From Candidatus Aquidulcis sp. (GTDB lineage: Bacteria; Chloroflexota; Anaerolineae; UBA4142): a stretch of DNA of 24,000 nucleotides. The notes under the pieces are model-generated. The model was not told the origin of the DNA, did not search any database, and saw nothing but the letters and a program-made list of their open reading frames with translations. Where the stretch lies: positions 29,308 to 53,307 of the forward strand of contig DYJA01000022.1 in the NCBI GenBank assembly GCA_020723345.1, read 5' to 3'. Shown here in pieces: positions 1-7,436 of this stretch (within the stretch, counting starts at the first letter, position 1; the number at the start of each line of letters is the position of its first letter). A program made the translations under genes and the position numbers.

Positions 1-1308
1 CTCGCCCACCTCTCCGCCGCGTGGCACGATTTTCCCTCGCGCAAACTCCGCGTCATCGGCGTCACGGGCACCGATGGCAAGACGACGACGTGCCGCCTCA
101 TCGCGTCCGTTCTCGAAAGCGCGAGGCACAGGGTTGGCGCGATTACGACGGTGAGCGCGACGATTGGCGATCAGGAGATTGACACGGGCTTGCACACGAC
201 GACGCCCGACGCGCCCGACGTGCAACGCTATCTCGCGCAGATGGTTGACGCGGGCGCGGAGTACGCCGTGATCGAAGCGACCTCCGAAGGACTCGCGCAG
301 CGCCGCCTCGACGCGGTGGAATTCGACGTCGCGGTCGTCACGAACATTACGCACGAGCATTTGTATTTTCACAAGACCTGGGAAAATTATCGCGACGCGA
401 AAGCAATGCTCTTTCGCGCGCTCGCCACATCGTACCGCAAACCGCGCACCGCGAAGGTCGCCGTGCTGAACGCGGACGATCACGCGCGGGGGGTGTTTGA
501 TTACTTGCGCGCGATTGAGACAGACGAACAGATCATCTATTCGACCAACGACCAACGACGAATGACCGAAGACAATCAATGCTCAGCGGTCAGCGGTCGG
601 CGGTCAGCGGTCAGCATTTTCGCGCGCGCCATCCAACACTCCTCACATGGACTCCGCTTCACCGCCGTCACACCGCACGGCGAATTGGAAATCGAATCGC
701 CGCTGATTGGGCGGTACAATGTGGCGAACATTCTCGCGGCAATCGGCGCGGGGATGGCGCGGCGTGTGCCGTTCGACGCGTTGCGCGACGGGATCGCGCG
801 CGTGCGCGGCGTGAGCGGGCGGATGGAAGTTTTGCAATCCTTCGACTCCGCTCAGGATGCGCCGTTCACGGCGATTGTCGATTTCGCGCACACGCCGAAC
901 GCACTGCAGAACGCGCTGGAAACCGCGCGCGAACTGGCGCACAATCGCGTCATCGTCGTGTTCGGTTGCGCGGGCTTGCGCGACGTTCAAAAACGCGCGC
1001 TGATGGGCGAAATCGCGGGGAAACTTGCGGACAAGATCGTGGTGACCGCCGAAGACCCGCGCACTGAATCGCTTGACGCGATCAACGCGCAAATCGTGGA
1101 GGGCTTGGAACGCGCGGGGCGGCGCGCGCGCGAGGATTATTTCATCGTCGATGATCGCGCGGAGGCAATCGCATTTGCAATTCAAATGGCGCGCGCGGGC
1201 GACGTCGTCATCGTTTGCGGCAAAGGACACGAGCGGTCGATGTGTTTCGGGACGACGGAAATTCCGTGGAGCGATCAAGACGCGGTGCGTGCTGCGCTCA
1301 ATCGATGA
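1..1308 (+). CDS. murE: MurE-type Mur ligase (UDP-N-acetylmuramoyl-tripeptide synthetase), 5'-truncated by the window edge
   Basis: Frame 1 is open from nt 1. Nt 52-93 translate to VIGVTGTDGKTTTC (Mur ligase P-loop). Later motifs TNITHEHLYFH, IGRYNVANILAA, DFAHTPNAL, VFGCAGLRDVQKR and TAEDPRTE fit the MurE middle and C-terminal domains. Stop TGA 1306-1308. The ORF-track start at 151 (GTG) is internal. Confidence 0.9.
   Translation, partial: LAHLSAAWHDFPSRKLRVIGVTGTDGKTTTCRLIASVLESARHRVGAITTVSATIGDQEIDTGLHTTTPDAPDVQRYLAQMVDAGAEYAVIEATSEGLAQRRLDAVEFDVAVVTNITHEHLYFHKTWENYRDAKAMLFRALATSYRKPRTAKVAVLNADDHARGVFDYLRAIETDEQIIYSTNDQRRMTEDNQCSAVSGRRSAVSIFARAIQHSSHGLRFTAVTPHGELEIESPLIGRYNVANILAAIGAGMARRVPFDALRDGIARVRGVSGRMEVLQSFDSAQDAPFTAIVDFAHTPNALQNALETARELAHNRVIVVFGCAGLRDVQKRALMGEIAGKLADKIVVTAEDPRTESLDAINAQIVEGLERAGRRAREDYFIVDDRAEAIAFAIQMARAGDVVIVCGKGHERSMCFGTTEIPWSDQDAVRAALNR
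542..618. repeat. 7-bp-periodic tandem array inside murE (11 units)
   Basis: Read directly: cgaccaa cgaccaa cgacgaa tgaccga agacaat caatgct cagcggt cagcggt cggcggt cagcggt cagcatt. It translates as STNDQRRMTEDNQCSAVSGRRSAVS, in a region where Mur ligases normally have a short loop. Confidence 0.85.
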
Positions 1309-1942
1309 ACGCGCCACAATATTGCTGCCACAACCCGCGCGACATGAGCGCGCTGGCTTCCGCGCTGATTTGCTGATTCAATGCCATCGCAAAAGCGGCG
1401 TCCGAATTCGCGGCGGCGAATTCGCGTTTGACTTGGAGTTGTTTTTCCAATCCCGATTTCTCTGCTGCGACGCACGATTTGTAATCGGTCTTGGCGGCAA
1501 AACGACCGGAGCGTTGATCGCGAATGTGCGTGACTTCGTGGATGAACGTGCCGATGAACGCGACTTGCTTCGCCTCTGGAGTTTGCCCGGCGTCGTCCGG
1601 CGATTGTCCCAGGTGAAACCCGAACGTGATCACGCCGCGTCCCTGCGCGTCGCAGCATTTCGCCGTCGCCGCGCGTCCGTGCGCGCCTTCGCTCAGGTCA
1701 ATCGCGAACACGATTGTCCCGGCTTGGGCGACGTATTGCTGCCAGGCGGGCAATCGAGTTTGGAGCAATTGGAGGTTGGTGCGGAGATAAGCGACATCTT
1801 CTTGGGTGTATCCACCGGCGAAGGTGATGTTATCGAGCACATCGGCGGATGCCGCCGCATCGGTGCGAGTCACGCTGACCAGAACGATGATGCTCAGTGC
1901 GATGAAGAAGAACTTGCCGAGTTTGCTTGCCGTCGTTTGCAT
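1298..1942 (-). CDS. secreted hypothetical protein with HExxH (zincin-like) motif
   Basis: ATG at 1942 is preceded by GGGGAGG (complement of 1949-1955), 6 nt upstream. The N-terminus MQTTASKLGKFFFIALSIIVLVSVTRTDAAASA looks like a signal peptide. There is an internal FIHEVTHIRD motif and non-repetitive composition. The 3' end overlaps murE by 11 bp (convergent). Confidence 0.65.
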   Translation of the reverse strand: MQTTASKLGKFFFIALSIIVLVSVTRTDAAASADVLDNITFAGGYTQEDVAYLRTNLQLLQTRLPAWQQYVAQAGTIVFAIDLSEGAHGRAATAKCCDAQGRGVITFGFHLGQSPDDAGQTPEAKQVAFIGTFIHEVTHIRDQRSGRFAAKTDYKSCVAAEKSGLEKQLQVKREFAAANSDAAFAMALNQQISAEASALMSRGLWQQYCGAFID

Positions 1943-2048
1943 TTTGCGCCTCCCCTTTGGAATTTCCATCCGCAGGATACGGCGCACGCGACAAGCCATC
2001 GGCAAAAATCAGGGGTTTCTATCGTCAAATCGAGGAATATTTTTTTGA

Positions 2049-2085
2049 CGGAAAGAAAAAAACGACCTGCGGTCTGCAGGTCGTT
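2049..2085 (-). terminator. intrinsic terminator downstream of the SARP/STAND gene
   Basis: Perfect 10-bp stem AACGACCTGC (2061-2070) / GCAGGTCGTT (2076-2085) with a 5-nt loop. On the minus strand it is followed by a T-run (complement of GAAAGAAAAAA, 2051-2061). It lies 53 nt after the stop at 2138. Confidence 0.8.
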
Positions 2086-2137
2086 CGTTTTCTTATTTCA
2101 GAACCCCAGTTCCTTCAAGAAAACGGGGCTTTCAGAT

Positions 2138-5100
2138 TCATTTCACATTCTCCAACGCGTACTCAATCGCTTGCTCGCGCGACATGGTTCGTCCTTCCGC
2201 TTGTGCCGCGCTAAAAGTTGCTTCATCCAATTGCGCGCGCGCGATGGCGAAATAGTATTCGCGCTCGGCGGCATCGGCGGGCGTGTAGACACCCTCCCCG
2301 CGCGTTCCAAGCGCATCCACCGCGCCAAACAATCGCGCGGCGCGCGCGAATTGTTTTTCGGCAGTCGCGATAAACGCGAATCCTTCCAGAGCGCCAATAA
2401 TGATGGGGGCACGCGCGGCTTGGCGCGCGAGCGCGAGACTTTCCGTCAACAATTTGCGCGCGCGCGTCACATCGCCGAGCCGCAACACGGTTACGCCGAG
2501 GTTGCCCAGCACAATTGCATTTCCGAGCAACGTGCCCAAGTCCTGTGCAATCGCGAGCGCTTCCTCGTAATATATTTTTGCGCGCGGATAATCCTGTTCC
2601 ACGCGCGCGATTTCGCCCAGGGTAAGCAACGCATTGCTGGCAAGGAGGCGATCCTTGCGCGCGCGAAAAAACTGCAATGCTTCTTCGTTTTGCCGACGCG
2701 CGGTTGCGTAATCGCCGTCGCGAAAATGGACGCGCGCGATGTCGCGATACAACACCATTGCCCAGCGTTGGTCGCCCAATTTGCTGAACGCGGCGTGGCT
2801 CGCTTCAAACGCGGCGCGCGCGGCTTGGCGATTACCTTCGTTCAAAAAGCGATGCCCCCGATAATGCAGAATCGTCGCGCTCATCCATTCATCGCCCAGC
2901 ACTTGCGCGATTGCCCAACTTTCATCTTCGAGAGCTTGCGAGCGTTCAGGTTGCTCTGTCCGGATGACCAAACTCAATTCTGCCAAACCCATCGCGAGTT
3001 GGCGTTGACCGGGCGCGCCGCACGCGCGCGCGATCTCAATCGTTTCTTCCAGATAGGGACGCGCCGCTTTGCCCGATTCGACATTCTCCGCCAACGCCGC
3101 GAGCGTGAATAACGCGCGCGCGCGCGCCAATGTTTTTTCTGCGGCTTCCGGTCGCGCCAAAAGTTTCTGAATCCGCGCGTACGCCTCGCTCGAATACGCC
3201 CGCAAATCCCAGAACAAGCGCAATGCGCCGACGATCTGCAGTCCTTTTTGCGCGCGACCTGGACTCTGCGACCAATCCAGCGCGGCGCGCAAATTATCGT
3301 GTTCGACATCAAGCCGATCCAACCATTCGAATTGTTCCGCGCCCATCAACCTAGGTTCGACGTTTTCCGCAAACGCGACAAAAAAATCGAGATGCCGATC
3401 GCGAATCGTTTCCACTTCGCCCGATTCCAACAAACGATCCCGCGCGTACTGCCGAATCGTCTCCATCAGCCGATAGCGCGTTTCCGCATCGTGCGGTTCG
3501 ACGATCACGAGCGACTTGTCCACCAATCGCGCAAGCAAGTCAAGCACATCGTCCGCGCAAACGGGATCGCAACCGCACACGGCTTGCGCGGCATCGAGCG
3601 TCCATCCGCCCGCGAACACGGACAGGCGGCGTAACAACACGCGCTCTTCTTCGGTCAACAGACTAAAACTCCAATCAATCAGCGCGCGCAATGTTTGCTG
3701 ACGCGGCAGCGCGGTGCGACTGCCACCCGTGAGCAAACGAAAACGGTCGTCCAACCGCGCCGCGATCTGTTCGACGCTCAGCGTTTTCACGCGCACCGCC
3801 GCGAGTTCGAGCGCGAGCGGAATCCCGTCCAGCCGGTGACAGATTTGCGCGACCGCCGTCGCGTTCGCATTCGTCACCGCGAAATTGGACTGGACCGCGA
3901 GCGCGCGATCAATGAACAGACGCACGGCTTCGTACTGCGATAGACTTGCCAAGTCTTGGAGACTTTGCAAGTCTGCGGGCGGCAACGCGAGCGACGGGAC
4001 GCGATACGCCGTTTCGCCGACGATGCCCAACGCTTCGCGGCTGCTTGCGAGAATTTTCAACTGGGGACACGCGCGCAAAAGCGCGTCGGCAAGTTGCGCG
4101 CACGCGTCAATCAAGTGTTCGCAGTTGTCGAGGATGAGCAACAGGTCTTTCGCGCGAAGATAATTTGTGAGGACGGTCGTGATTGGCGTGTTCGGTTGTT
4201 CTTCCAATTTGAACACAGCGGCGATTGTCTGAGGTACGAGCATGGGATCGCTGAGCGCGGCGAGTTCAACCCACCACACGCCATTCTTGAATTGATTCGC
4301 ATTCGCGAGTTCCGTCGCCAGTTGAATCGCGAGCCGCGTCTTGCCCGCGCCGCCCGCGCCCGTCAACGTGAGCAAGCGCGTCTTCCCAACGAGTTCCTTC
4401 AGTTCCCTCAGTTCCCTTGCTCTTCCGATGAAACTCGTCAGCGGCGCGGGCACATTCGTGAACAGCGCCTCGCGCGCTTTGCCGCCCGTCAACGCGGCTT
4501 CGATCTGATCGCGCAGCGCGAGCGTCTCTTTGGATGGCTCGACGCCCAGTTCGTCGCGCAGTTTCTTTTCGCACGCGTCGTACTGCTTCAGCGCGCCGAT
4601 GCGGTCACCGGTTGCCGCGAGGCAAAAGATGATGTGCTGGTACGCTTTCTCGTTCGCGGGATCGCTCGCCAACGCTTTCCGCGCGAATTCAACCGCGCGC
4701 GCGTACTCGCTTTTCGCGCGATGGTGTTGCGCGAGTCGCAAGAGCGCGTCGAGATACAGCGCGCGCAAGCGTTCGCGTTCGGGGAGAATCCAATCGTCGT
4801 AGAAGTCGGAGAGCAAGTCATCATGATAATCTTCGATTTTCGATTTCAGATTTTCGATTTCCAAATCGACAATCGGCAATCGCAAATCGAAAATCTGGCG
4901 CGCGTCGACCCAAAGGGGAAAATCAGGATTGAGTTGTACGGTCTCGCGATCTGCGATGACCACATCGTCGCCAAGTTCTTTGCGGATGGCGGCAAGCGCG
5001 GTGCGGAGCGAGTGACGCGCCTGCTCGTCGGGGACATCGCCCCAGAGGAGCGCGGCAAGTTTTTCGCGAGGATGCGCTTCGGGGAAAAGCGCGAGGTAAG

Positions 5101-5209
5101 CCAGCAGCGATTCGACTTTGCGCGTGGCAAGACGGATCGAACCGGAATCGCTTTCGATCTGAAATGCGCCGAGCAAGTGAAGACGATAGCGCGGAGATTT
5201 GCGCGCCAT
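2138..5209 (-). CDS. SARP/AfsR-family regulator: wHTH + BTAD + NB-ARC (STAND ATPase) + TPR repeats
   Basis: 1023 aa. N-terminal OmpR-type wHTH (LLGAFQIE...LLAYLAL...LWGD). BTAD helices (ERERLRALYLDALLRLA...GALKQYDACEKKLRDELGVEPS). P-loop LTGAGGAGKTRLA, Walker B LLILDNCEH and GIPLALELAA. The C-terminal ~450 aa are TPR-like. AAGGGG SD lies before ATG 5209, and a consensus-like promoter lies upstream. Confidence 0.9.
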   Translation of the reverse strand: MARKSPRYRLHLLGAFQIESDSGSIRLATRKVESLLAYLALFPEAHPREKLAALLWGDVPDEQARHSLRTALAAIRKELGDDVVIADRETVQLNPDFPLWVDARQIFDLRLPIVDLEIENLKSKIEDYHDDLLSDFYDDWILPERERLRALYLDALLRLAQHHRAKSEYARAVEFARKALASDPANEKAYQHIIFCLAATGDRIGALKQYDACEKKLRDELGVEPSKETLALRDQIEAALTGGKAREALFTNVPAPLTSFIGRARELRELKELVGKTRLLTLTGAGGAGKTRLAIQLATELANANQFKNGVWWVELAALSDPMLVPQTIAAVFKLEEQPNTPITTVLTNYLRAKDLLLILDNCEHLIDACAQLADALLRACPQLKILASSREALGIVGETAYRVPSLALPPADLQSLQDLASLSQYEAVRLFIDRALAVQSNFAVTNANATAVAQICHRLDGIPLALELAAVRVKTLSVEQIAARLDDRFRLLTGGSRTALPRQQTLRALIDWSFSLLTEEERVLLRRLSVFAGGWTLDAAQAVCGCDPVCADDVLDLLARLVDKSLVIVEPHDAETRYRLMETIRQYARDRLLESGEVETIRDRHLDFFVAFAENVEPRLMGAEQFEWLDRLDVEHDNLRAALDWSQSPGRAQKGLQIVGALRLFWDLRAYSSEAYARIQKLLARPEAAEKTLARARALFTLAALAENVESGKAARPYLEETIEIARACGAPGQRQLAMGLAELSLVIRTEQPERSQALEDESWAIAQVLGDEWMSATILHYRGHRFLNEGNRQAARAAFEASHAAFSKLGDQRWAMVLYRDIARVHFRDGDYATARRQNEEALQFFRARKDRLLASNALLTLGEIARVEQDYPRAKIYYEEALAIAQDLGTLLGNAIVLGNLGVTVLRLGDVTRARKLLTESLALARQAARAPIIIGALEGFAFIATAEKQFARAARLFGAVDALGTRGEGVYTPADAAEREYYFAIARAQLDEATFSAAQAEGRTMSREQAIEYALENVK
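4831..4893. repeat. palindromic heptamer array (9 units, 63 bp) inside the SARP gene
   Basis: cttcgat tttcgat ttcagat tttcgat ttccaaa tcgacaa tcggcaa tcgcaaa tcgaaaa. The left units are the reverse complement of the right units, and about 24 of 30 positions pair around the centre at 4861/4862. It encodes FDLRLPIVDLEIENLKSKIE between the wHTH and BTAD domains. Confidence 0.85.
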
Positions 5210-5266
5210 TGGACGCCCCTTGGCGAAAAAGACGTTTTCGTCGAATCCAAACTGCGTGCGGCAAGA

Positions 5267-5295
5267 ATCTTAGCACCGATGCGCCGCGATGTCAA
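5267..5295 (-). promoter_or_regulatory. sigma70-type promoter for the SARP/STAND gene
   Basis: The minus strand reads TTGACA (complement of 5290-5295), 17 nt, TAAGAT (complement of 5267-5272), with TGc just upstream of the -10 (extended -10). Confidence 0.6.
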
Positions 5296-5312
5296 AAGTC
5301 AGGCGCTCCCGA

Positions 5313-5342
5313 TTCGCCATTCGCTCTGACCTGTGCTAAAAT
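5313..5342 (+). promoter_or_regulatory. candidate mutL promoter giving a leaderless or near-leaderless mRNA
   Basis: TTCGCC (5313-5318), 18 nt, TGcTAAAAT (-10 hexamer 5337-5342). The -10 ends 7 nt before the mutL ATG (5350), and there is no SD. Confidence 0.4.
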
Positions 5343-5349
5343 ATTGCCG

Positions 5350-7122
5350 ATGCCAATTCACATTTTGCCCGACGACCTCGCCTCGAAAATCGCGGCGGGC
5401 GAAGTGATCGAACGCCCCGCGTCGGTCGTCAAAGAGTTGCTCGAAAATTCGATTGATGCGGGCGCGCGCGAAATCAAGATCGAAATTCGCGGCGGCGGTC
5501 AGCGCTTGATCCGCGTCGCGGACGACGGCGGCGGCATTCCCACAGCCGAGGTCGCGACCGCGTTCGCGCGTCACGCGACGAGCAAACTCAATTCGGTGGA
5601 CGACTTGTTCAAGCTCCAGACGCTCGGTTTTCGCGGTGAAGCGCTGCCGTCGATTGCGGCGGTCTCGCGCGTCACACTCATCACCCGCGCGCGCGGCGAA
5701 GCATCGGGGACGCAGATGCGCGTCGACGGCGGCAAGATCGTCGAACAGCGCGCGCAAGGCGCGCCACAAGGTACGATTGTCACCGTCGAAGATTTGTTTC
5801 GCCACGTGCCCGCGCGCTTGAAATTCCTCAAGACTCCGGCAACCGAAGCCGGACGCATCGCCGATCTGATCAACGCGTACGCGCTTGCGTATCCCGCGCT
5901 GCGGTTCTCACTCGTGAATGACGATCGCTTGCTGTTTCAATCGCCCGGCACCGGGAAAATGTTCGACGTATTGGTGAAGGTGTTTGGGATCGAAATCGCG
6001 AATCAGATGTTGGAGGTTGGAAATTGGAAATTGGAAAATACGGCGGAAGGCGCGTCCAGTGTTCAACCTCTAACTTTTAACCTCCAACCTCCAACCTCCA
6101 ACATCCAGGTTTCCGGTTTCATTTCTCCGCCCGCCGTCAATCGCTCGTCGCGCAAATACATGCTCTTTTTCGTCAACCATCGCTGGGTGCAAGATCGCAC
6201 GTTGCAGCACGCGGTCATCGAAGCGTACCACACCGCGCTGATGGTCGGACGCGCGCCGATTGTCGCGCTCGACATCGCGCTGCCGCCGGACACGGTGGAC
6301 GTGAACGTGCATCCGACAAAAAGCGAAGTGCGTTTCCGCGACACGAGCGCGGTTTTTCGCGCGGTGCAGCACACCGCCCGCGCCGCGCTCACCGCGCACG
6401 CGCCGATTCCGACGATCAGCGCTTCCGCGCCCCCTTCGACTATCGCTCAGGGCGCGCCGCGCCGCGCCGAAACCCAACTCGCGATTGACTTGCACCGCCC
6501 AATTCCAACTTCCAATCTCCAATCTCCTGATCGCCCGATTGCCCAATTGCCCATGTTGCGCGTCCTCGGTCAAATCCTTTCGACGTACATCATTGCCGAA
6601 GGACCCGACGGCTTGTATTTGATCGATCAACATTCGGCGCACGAGCGCGTGCTGTACGAGCAATTGATGGCGGAGCGCGCCAGCGCGCAAGTCGTCGCGC
6701 AAGAATTGATCGATCCGCTCGCGCTGCAACTCACGCCCGCGCAGCAAGCCGCGCTCGAAACGCATCGCGACGCGCTCGCGTCGGTCGGCTTCAAGTTCGA
6801 GGATTTCGGCGCGCAGACGATTTTGCTGCGCGCGGTACCGGCGGTGATGAAAAAGAGCGATCCGCGCGACGCGCTCGCGCACATTCTCGACGAGTTGGAA
6901 CAAGGCGAAACGCCGCTCGAAAAATCGGCAGAAGCGCGTTTGATTTCGAGCGTATGCAAAAGCATCGCGGTGAAAGGCGGACAAGTGCTATCGCTCGAAG
7001 AAATGCGCGAACTCGTGCGGCGCTTGGAGCAGACGACCGCGCCGCGGACTTGTCCGCACGGCAGACCGACGATGATTCAATTGAACATCGGACAATTGGA
7101 AAGAGAGTTCGGCAGAAAGTAA
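5350..7122 (+). CDS. mutL: DNA mismatch repair protein MutL
   Basis: MPIHILPDDLASKIAAGEVIERPASVVKELLENSIDAGA (GHKL ATPase N-terminus), DDGGGI, GFRGEAL, VNHRWV, VDVNVHPTKSEVRF. The C-terminal dimerisation/endonuclease region has LYLIDQHSAHERVLYE and CPHGRP. The ORF-track start 5164 is an upstream extension without homology. Confidence 0.93.
   Translation: MPIHILPDDLASKIAAGEVIERPASVVKELLENSIDAGAREIKIEIRGGGQRLIRVADDGGGIPTAEVATAFARHATSKLNSVDDLFKLQTLGFRGEALPSIAAVSRVTLITRARGEASGTQMRVDGGKIVEQRAQGAPQGTIVTVEDLFRHVPARLKFLKTPATEAGRIADLINAYALAYPALRFSLVNDDRLLFQSPGTGKMFDVLVKVFGIEIANQMLEVGNWKLENTAEGASSVQPLTFNLQPPTSNIQVSGFISPPAVNRSSRKYMLFFVNHRWVQDRTLQHAVIEAYHTALMVGRAPIVALDIALPPDTVDVNVHPTKSEVRFRDTSAVFRAVQHTARAALTAHAPIPTISASAPPSTIAQGAPRRAETQLAIDLHRPIPTSNLQSPDRPIAQLPMLRVLGQILSTYIIAEGPDGLYLIDQHSAHERVLYEQLMAERASAQVVAQELIDPLALQLTPAQQAALETHRDALASVGFKFEDFGAQTILLRAVPAVMKKSDPRDALAHILDELEQGETPLEKSAEARLISSVCKSIAVKGGQVLSLEEMRELVRRLEQTTAPRTCPHGRPTMIQLNIGQLEREFGRK
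6006..6106. repeat. ~100-bp heptamer-built palindrome inside mutL
   Basis: Left arm gttggag gttggaa attggaa attggaa. Right arm aacctct aactttt aacctcc aacctcc aacctcc aacatcc. There is a perfect 16-bp basal stem, 6006-6021 / 6090-6105, with further imperfect pairing inward. It encodes GNWKLENTAEGASSVQPLTFNLQPPTSNIQ. Confidence 0.9.
6500..6555. repeat. heptamer array (8 units) in the MutL inter-domain linker
   Basis: caattcc aacttcc aatctcc aatctcc tgatcgc ccgattg cccaatt gcccatg. It encodes PIPTSNLQSPDRPIAQLPM. Confidence 0.8.
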
Positions 7123-7123
7123 T

Positions 7124-7151
7124 CCAATTTAGGATTTGCGATTTAGGATTG
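7124..7151. repeat. heptamer array directly after the mutL stop
   Basis: ccaattt aggattt gcgattt aggattg. It starts 2 nt after TAA 7120-7122. Confidence 0.75.
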
Positions 7152-7422
7152 TGGACGCCGGCGTTGGCACGGTACAAATCACCGCGCCAAGTCCGGCAGC
7201 ATGACGATGCGGCTGAACGGCGGCGTCGGCAATCTGCGCGTCACGATCCCGTCAGGCGTCGCCGCGCGAATTCGCGTGAACAAAGGCATCGGCTCGATTC
7301 GCGTGGACGAGACGCGTTTTCCGAAATCGGGAAACGTGTACCAGAGCGCAGAGTTCGCGAGCGCGCCAAACAAGATCGACATTGAGGTGGATGGCGGCGT
7401 GGGAAGCGTAGAAATTCGCTAG
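7133..7422 (+). pseudogene. 5'-truncated, frameshifted remnant of a toast-rack / DUF4097-like (LiaF-C-like) gene
   Basis: Frame 1 ORF 7201-7422 encodes MTMRLNGGVGNLRVTIPSGVAARIRVNKGIGSIRVDE...IDIEVDGGVGSVEIR. Frame 2 just upstream (7133-7201) encodes DLRFRIVDAGVGTVQITAPSPAA*, the same repeat unit in another frame. No N-terminal part is present. Confidence 0.45.
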
Positions 7423-7436
7423 AAAGGAAGTACGCG

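Noticed and set aside
1073-3112. Very long ORFs antisense to or out of frame with the called genes. Examples: 1073-3112 +, 3956-5329 +, 6070-6984 -, 8472-10049 +, 13308-15167 -, 15669-17018 -, 17011-18117 - and 20094-21035 -.
   Set aside because: They are Arg/Ala/Gly-rich with no recognisable motifs. They lie opposite or overlapping genes with strong family signatures. This is the typical stop-codon-poor shadow-ORF pattern of high-GC DNA.
4383-4412. 9-bp periodic tract (gttccttca gttccctca gttcccttg) as another member of the heptamer family.
   Set aside because: The period is 9, not 7. It encodes a plausible helical ELRELKEL segment just before the P-loop and is probably an ordinary peptide repeat.
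2138-5209. Avs/AVAST-type antiphage STAND protein.
   Set aside because: The N-terminal module is a SARP wHTH + BTAD transcription-activator output, not a nuclease or other effector. This architecture is typical of AfsR-like regulators.
5164-5349. 62-codon N-terminal extension of the mutL ORF.
   Set aside because: The extension overlaps the divergent promoter region and has no similarity to MutL. The canonical MPIHILP...AAGEV N-terminus begins at ATG 5350.
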